NCBI RefSeq assembly: GCF_943169635.2 | Contig: NZ_OW968186.1 | Coordinates: 942,075 to 974,074 of the forward strand | DNA: 32,000 nt | Reading direction: 5' to 3' | Origin: Fenollaria sporofastidiosus | Lineage (GTDB): Bacteria; Bacillota; Clostridia; Tissierellales; Peptoniphilaceae | Shown: positions 27,222 through 32,000 of the stretch, in pieces | Position numbering within the stretch: the first letter of the stretch is position 1 | Layout: every line of letters begins with the position of its first letter | Notes under the pieces: model-generated | Seen by the model: only the letters and a program-made list of their open reading frames with translations | Databases searched by the model: none | What the model was told of the DNA's origin: nothing | Made by a program: the position numbers and the translations under genes

Positions 27222-28406
27222 ATGTTTTTTAGACAATGCACCATCTTTCTTATCTGCCTTATAAACATAGTCTTAGGACCTATAACATGTAATCACGCAG
27301 CAAAGCTGGCAAACGATGGAGCTAGCTTAACTTATGTTCATGATGTAAAAGAGATACCCATCATTGAAATCAAGAAAAAGGAGCCTTCTATCGATAGCGA
27401 GGTCAAGATATTTGCAGCGGGTGACTATATGCTGCACGGTCCTCAGCTAAGAGGCGCAAAGCAAAGTGATGGCACTTACAATTTTGATGAATATTTTAAA
27501 TACTTGCCGCACTTTAAGGACGCAGACCTTGCTATGCTTAACTACGAGTCGACTGTCTCTGTTGATGGCAGGTACACAACTTATCCTATGTTTTCATCTC
27601 CTATAGAGAGTATTGAGTCGATCAAGAAACAGGGCTTTGATATCATATCAACATCGAACAATCACGCTTTTGATAAAGGTTTTGCAGGTGTTAACAAGAC
27701 CATAGACACGATTAAGAGCTATGGTATGGAGAGTGTTGGCACATACAAGGATGCAAACAATATGCCGCTTATTAAAGAAGTGAGTGGCATCAAGCTTGGT
27801 ATCAGCGCGTATACTTTCTCCATCAATGGATTTGAGAAGAAGGTTCAAGGCACGGACAAGGCTTATGCGATAAACTTCATCGACATGGATAAGATTAAGA
27901 AAGATGTAGAGTTTATGAATGAGAATGATGTCGACTTCAAGGTGATATATGTACACTGGGGCAACGAGTATCAATTAAAGCCGAGCGCATGGCAAGAAAA
28001 AATCGCAAAAGAGCTTAACGAACTCGGTATAGATGTAGTCTTAGGTTCGCACCCACATGTAATACAAAAGTCTGAAGTCATTGAAGCAAATGGCAAGAAG
28101 ACATACGTCTGCTACTCTATGGGTAACTTCATATCTAATCAGAGACGTGAGGCCATGGGTCAGAGATATAGCGAGAACGAACTTATGATGGAAGTCATTT
28201 TGAAGAAGGATGCTAAGGGTACAAGCGTTGCAAAGTTTGAAGCGCATCCACTATGGGTTGATAAGTACGTAACTCAAGGCAGAGCGCACTATAACATAAT
28301 CCCAGTTAAAGAGGCTCTTGATGGCAAGATCAAGGTCGAAAGATTTAATCAAATCAAGCCAAAGTTAGTAGAAAGTCTAAATGATTTCAATAATATATAT
28401 AAATAG
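27222..28406 (+). CDS. CapA/PGA_cap-family metallophosphatase-fold protein with N-terminal signal/anchor
   Basis: 394 aa. The segments IFAAGDYMLHG, LAMLNYES, STSNNHAFDKG, YVHWGNEY and GSHPHVIQ follow the CapA family pattern. The start is 1 nt after the previous stop. Confidence 0.75.
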   Translation: MFFRQCTIFLICLINIVLGPITCNHAAKLANDGASLTYVHDVKEIPIIEIKKKEPSIDSEVKIFAAGDYMLHGPQLRGAKQSDGTYNFDEYFKYLPHFKDADLAMLNYESTVSVDGRYTTYPMFSSPIESIESIKKQGFDIISTSNNHAFDKGFAGVNKTIDTIKSYGMESVGTYKDANNMPLIKEVSGIKLGISAYTFSINGFEKKVQGTDKAYAINFIDMDKIKKDVEFMNENDVDFKVIYVHWGNEYQLKPSAWQEKIAKELNELGIDVVLGSHPHVIQKSEVIEANGKKTYVCYSMGNFISNQRREAMGQRYSENELMMEVILKKDAKGTSVAKFEAHPLWVDKYVTQGRAHYNIIPVKEALDGKIKVERFNQIKPKLVESLNDFNNIYK

Positions 28407-28417
28407 GAGATGGTTTA

Positions 28418-29485
28418 ATGTATTTTGATGATGAAATGACACCAAAAGAAAGGATGATTGCCTTTTCAAAGGGCGAAGCAATTGACAGAATACCTGTAGT
28501 GCCAGATATGGGGGTTACTATGGCATGGTATATAGGTAAGAAGACAAATGATTATTACACATCATCAGATGTAATAACTGAAACTGAGATCGCTTTATTC
28601 AATCGCTTCCACCACGACAACATCTGTGTCTCTACAACACTAAGAGGTATGGCTGAAGCCATGGGCTCAGTTATGAACTACCCTGATGACAACATTTCAA
28701 ACTTAAGAGAGCCAGTTGTCAAAACAGAAGAGGACATCGATAAGCTTGAGCTTGTTGATCCGTGGAAGGATGGTCACCTACACGTACTACTTGAAGCACT
28801 TGAAAAGCTTAGAGACGCTCTTGGCGATGTAGCAGACATAGGCGCATCGATGACTGCACCATTCACAGTAGCTGCCTCGGTACTTGGCACTGAGAACATG
28901 CTTAGATGGATAGTTAAGAAGAAGGATGCTTTCCATAGACTTATGGACATCATTACAAAGAACAACGCTGAGTATATCAAGGCACTTGGTAAGATTGGTT
29001 TCGGAACAGGTTTTTGCGACCCTGTATCATCGACATCTATGATTAGACCTGCACAATATAGAGAGTTCTCACTACCATACTTCAAGAGAAATGTTGAAGA
29101 CGTAAAGAAGTATTGTGGAGGCGCACCAACTATACACATATGCGGCAAGAGTAAAGACATATGGGAAGATGTTGTTAGTGCCGGTGTAGGTAACTTCTCT
29201 ATCGACAACTGTGAGGACCTTGAGGAAGCTAAGAGGATAATGGGTGACAAGGTTGTTATCACAGGTAACGTGCCACCAGTTGACGCGATCTACTTAGGTA
29301 ACGATGACATCATCAAGGAAGAAGTGAAGAAGTGTGTTGCTAAGGCTTGGGACTCACCAAAGGGTTACATCTTATGTACTGGATGTCAAATACCAAAGAA
29401 CAGCCCTATAGAGAACATCGACTCCTTTATGAAGTGGGGTAGGTATTACGGCAAGTTGCCAATGGATACATCTAAATTTATATAA
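28418..29485 (+). CDS. Uroporphyrinogen-decarboxylase (URO-D) family methyltransferase, MtaA/CmuA-like
   Basis: 355 aa. N-terminal TPKERMIAFSKGEAIDRIPVVP is typical of the family. Candidate zinc motif H-x-C...C (TIHICGKS; ILCTGCQIP). GGAGA RBS, 11 nt after the capA-like stop. Confidence 0.8.
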   Translation: MYFDDEMTPKERMIAFSKGEAIDRIPVVPDMGVTMAWYIGKKTNDYYTSSDVITETEIALFNRFHHDNICVSTTLRGMAEAMGSVMNYPDDNISNLREPVVKTEEDIDKLELVDPWKDGHLHVLLEALEKLRDALGDVADIGASMTAPFTVAASVLGTENMLRWIVKKKDAFHRLMDIITKNNAEYIKALGKIGFGTGFCDPVSSTSMIRPAQYREFSLPYFKRNVEDVKKYCGGAPTIHICGKSKDIWEDVVSAGVGNFSIDNCEDLEEAKRIMGDKVVITGNVPPVDAIYLGNDDIIKEEVKKCVAKAWDSPKGYILCTGCQIPKNSPIENIDSFMKWGRYYGKLPMDTSKFI

Positions 29486-29529
29486 TATTTTTTTATAGAC
29501 TTTGGACATTAGAAATAATTTACTGAATT

Positions 29530-29566
29530 AATGTGCGTGTAGCAATGCTATATGCACATTTTTATT
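29530..29566 (+). terminator. Strong rho-independent terminator after the first URO-D-family gene
   Basis: AATGTGCGTGTAGCA / TGCTATATGCACATT is a near-perfect long inverted repeat (29530-29560, two G-U pairs). It is followed by TTTTATT. Confidence 0.85.
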
Positions 29567-29602
29567 GTATAAATTTCATGAATACCTCTTAAATACATAT
29601 GT

Positions 29603-29631
29603 TTGCGCAATTCACAAAGCTGTTATATAAT
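29603..29631 (+). promoter_or_regulatory. Sigma-A type promoter: TTGCGC - 17 bp - TATAAT for the second methyltransferase unit
   Basis: -35 at 29603-29608. -10 at 29626-29631. It coincides with the track's TTG 29603 start, which argues against that start. Confidence 0.5.
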
Positions 29632-29671
29632 ATTTGCTGGTGAGGGCGTGAAGAAGATAGGAGATATTAGA

Positions 29672-30469
29672 GTGTACTCTTGTACTGCAACTAACGAGAA
29701 AGAGTATACTGATTTGAATTTGAATATTAAAGAAGAAGACTTGTTCAGTGATGCTAAGATGTATAGAGAAGTAGCTCAAAGAATGAGCCTTGGTTTTGCT
29801 GCAATTTTTTATCCTATTGCAGGCACTCTTGAAGGTGAACTTGCCGGCATGATGCTTGACAAGGATGCTAATCTTAGAAGATTTGTTGAACTTAATGATT
29901 TAGATGAACTATACAAGTTAAAAGATTTTAATTTTAATTTGGAGCACTTTACTTGTATGCAAAAAGCTATGGCAAGTGAAGAGGCTCCTATTTGTTTTAA
30001 GCTTAATGGTCTTTTGTCCTTCTTATCACAAGTGATAGATATATCGAAGCTGCTATTAGCTTTTAGAAAGAAGCTTGATAAAGAAAAAATTTATGCATAC
30101 TATAGACGAAACGTTTTAGACTTACTAGCACATCTTGATGAAGAGAAGGTAAAGATCATATGCCTTGCTGACCCGCTACTTAGTGTTGAGACATTAGGAC
30201 CTAAGATTGTTAAAGAGCTAGTGAATGATTTCTACTTTCCACTTATTAATGACATATTGCAGTATACAAACTTTAAGATACATATATGTCCTAAGCTCGG
30301 CTTTGCATTGTCAGACCTAGGACTATTTAATGAAATCAAAGTAGAGACTGATAAGATGACTTATCAAGAAGCGCTGTTAAGTTCATCTTACAGACTCTTT
30401 AGCAATAGATGCTTTAAGATTTTAGCTAATGTTAGAACGATTACAGTATTAGGGGGGAATTATGAATAA
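29672..30469 (+). CDS. Truncated, divergent URO-D-family-like protein (paralog of the downstream methyltransferase)
   Basis: About 265 aa from GTG 29672 (AGGAG 8 nt upstream). Alignable by eye to the next gene: ICLADPLLSVETLGPKIVKELVNDFYFPLINDIL vs IAIADPSGTAEILGPKYFKEYLIHYVNYIIDKI, and KIHICP vs IVHICG. It lacks the family N-terminus and the C-terminal about 40 aa. Confidence 0.6.
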   Translation: MYSCTATNEKEYTDLNLNIKEEDLFSDAKMYREVAQRMSLGFAAIFYPIAGTLEGELAGMMLDKDANLRRFVELNDLDELYKLKDFNFNLEHFTCMQKAMASEEAPICFKLNGLLSFLSQVIDISKLLLAFRKKLDKEKIYAYYRRNVLDLLAHLDEEKVKIICLADPLLSVETLGPKIVKELVNDFYFPLINDILQYTNFKIHICPKLGFALSDLGLFNEIKVETDKMTYQEALLSSSYRLFSNRCFKILANVRTITVLGGNYE

Positions 30470-31463
30470 AAAGGAAAGACTATTAAAGATACTTCACGGT
30501 GAAAAGGCTGATAGGCCAGCTGTCATCTGCCCAGGCGGCATGATGAATCCATGTGTAACTGAGCTTATAGAAAAGCACGGCATTGATTTTGCAAAAGCAA
30601 ACTCAGACGCAGAAGAGATGGCAAAGCTATCGAAGCTAGTTGTTGAAGAAAATCTGTTTGAGAACTACGCAGTACCATTCTGTATGAGTGTTGAGTCAGA
30701 GATGCTAGGATCAAAATGCGTTTACGGTAATAACTGCGAAGAAGCACACATAGTTGAGTATGCAATGGACAAGCTTGATCTAGATAAGCTTAAGCATGTC
30801 AAGGTTGATTTTAATAGAGAAGACGCCCTGATAGGAGCGATTAAAATTTTAAAGAATGATACCATACCAGTCATTGGTAATATAACAGGACCGTTCTCAG
30901 TTGCAACAAGTCTTGTTGATGCAAAGGAAATCTACGTTGGACTAAAGAAGAACAAAAAAGTTTTTGAAGAATTCATGACTTATATATCAGATAAGATTGC
31001 TGAGCTTGCGATTAAAGAGGTCGATGCAGGAGCCGACCTTATAGCTATCGCAGACCCAAGCGGCACAGCAGAGATACTTGGACCAAAGTACTTTAAAGAG
31101 TATCTAATACACTATGTCAACTACATCATAGACAAGATCAAAGCACATAAAGAGGTGCCTATTATAGTTCATATCTGTGGCAATATGAGGAGCGTTATCG
31201 ATATAGTTGATGAGATTCACGCAGAGGCATTCTCCTTTGATGCCATGGTTAATCTAAAGAATGCAAAAAAATATATACACAAGCCTGTCATGGGTAACGT
31301 GTCGACATATTTAATAGAAAATAACAGAGCTGATCAAGTTTACAAGGTCGCTCAAAATAGAGTCAAAGACGGTGTTGACATCATAGCTCCAGCCTGTGGG
31401 CTTGGCATGGGATCGCCTCTTGACAATGTAAAAGCTATATTAAAAGGAGTAGAAGATGCCTAA
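30462..31463 (+). CDS. URO-D family methylcobamide-dependent methyltransferase, MtaA/MtbA-like
   Basis: 333 aa. N-terminal KKERLLKILHGEKADRPAVICPGG. Candidate zinc motif IVHICGNM ... IIAPACGLG. It overlaps both neighbours by 8 nt. Confidence 0.8.
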   Translation: MNKKERLLKILHGEKADRPAVICPGGMMNPCVTELIEKHGIDFAKANSDAEEMAKLSKLVVEENLFENYAVPFCMSVESEMLGSKCVYGNNCEEAHIVEYAMDKLDLDKLKHVKVDFNREDALIGAIKILKNDTIPVIGNITGPFSVATSLVDAKEIYVGLKKNKKVFEEFMTYISDKIAELAIKEVDAGADLIAIADPSGTAEILGPKYFKEYLIHYVNYIIDKIKAHKEVPIIVHICGNMRSVIDIVDEIHAEAFSFDAMVNLKNAKKYIHKPVMGNVSTYLIENNRADQVYKVAQNRVKDGVDIIAPACGLGMGSPLDNVKAILKGVEDA

Positions 31464-32000
31464 AATTCACATACTTAGTGATGACAATATAATCGAAGCA
31501 AAAGAGGAAAGCGTTCTTTTAGATGTACTAAGAGAGAACGGTTACTTTATAGAAGCACCGTGCAATGGTATGGGTACTTGCAAGAAATGCAAAGTTAGGA
31601 TTATAGATGGCACACATGAAGATGTAGTTCTTTCGTGCCAGTACAAGCTTAAGAGTGACATAAGCCTTGATTTCTTTGATGAGGCTAAGGCAGAGAACCT
31701 ACTTACTTCAGATATAGATACTTTTGATGCAACTGAGTCGGTTCTTACTATGAAGACTCACAGCTTTGAAGACAGTAGAGACGCCGATACTTCATGGGAA
31801 GATGAGTATGAGAAGGTCTTCGGTCACATCTCATACAATGTATTAAAGAATACAAACTTTACTAAGGGTGTAAAGCATGCGATATATCTAAACGATGATG
31901 TGATAGCAATCCGCGATGAAGGTAATGACAAGATATATGCAGCTGCTGTTGATATAGGCACAACAAGTGTTGCAATATCAGTTCTTGATATAAGTAGTGC
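31456..32000 (+). CDS. RACo-type reductive activator of corrinoid enzymes (N-terminal [2Fe-2S] ferredoxin + ASKHA ATPase), 3' end outside the window
   Basis: Not in the ORF track because there is no stop within the window. ATG 31456 gives MPKIHILSDDN...APCNGMGTCKKCKV...LSCQ, a Cys pattern as in plant-type/RACo ferredoxin domains. Further on is YAAAVDIGTTSVAISVLD, the actin-fold phosphate-1 motif. GGAG RBS. Confidence 0.8.
   Translation, partial: MPKIHILSDDNIIEAKEESVLLDVLRENGYFIEAPCNGMGTCKKCKVRIIDGTHEDVVLSCQYKLKSDISLDFFDEAKAENLLTSDIDTFDATESVLTMKTHSFEDSRDADTSWEDEYEKVFGHISYNVLKNTNFTKGVKHAIYLNDDVIAIRDEGNDKIYAAAVDIGTTSVAISVLDISS

Noticed and set aside
1-32000. CRISPR arrays, transposases, integrases, phage genes, tRNA/rRNA genes
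   Set aside because: No spaced direct repeats were seen. No intergenic gap is longer than about 200 nt. No translated ORF has recombinase, transposase or capsid-like features. The window reads as core chromosome.

Overview
Dense, almost fully coding chromosomal segment from a low-GC Gram-positive anaerobe. It looks like Firmicutes of Clostridia/Tissierellia type, but the taxon cannot be resolved by eye. I support about 31 CDS. I see no rRNA, tRNA, CRISPR array, transposase, integrase or phage gene. All family names come from reading the translations and from recall, since no search was possible.

Layout:
- 1-8949 (+): an array with no recognisable terminator. It holds the pyrE 3' end, a yybS-like gene, gdpP, rplI, the replicative helicase, a GNAT, a DnaD/DnaB(Bsu)-like co-loader, a DnaI/DnaC-like loader ATPase and serS.
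- 9024-18799: mixed housekeeping and stress genes. These are a flavin reductase, a short-chain chromate transporter pair with pta and a DHFR-like gene, a lipoprotein, an MFS transporter with an in-frame TGA, an M20 peptidase, a DUF2254 protein and a DUF438/hemerythrin-PAS protein.
- 18871-22762: one tightly coupled unit of a YbaK/ProX-like deacylase, an unknown anchored protein, a large DUF3160-like lipoprotein and a PPC/DUF296 protein.
- 22880-25964: a MATE pump, rubrerythrin and a YitT-family protein.
- 26134-29485: a coupled unit of an unknown 2-TM protein, a DUF5317-like protein, a CapA-like protein and a URO-D-family methyltransferase.
- 29603-32000: a second unit with a truncated AT-rich URO-D-like paralog, a full URO-D/MtaA-like methyltransferase and a RACo-type corrinoid activase that runs off the window.

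Nothing here is an obvious defence island or mobile element. The items most worth a second look are:
- the corrinoid-methyltransferase paralog set, which has no corrinoid protein in view
- the truncated URO-D-like gene
- the ProX/unknown/DUF3160/PPC operon
- the 2-TM/DUF5317/CapA module
- the GNAT wedged into the helicase-loader cluster
- the in-frame TGA in the MFS gene
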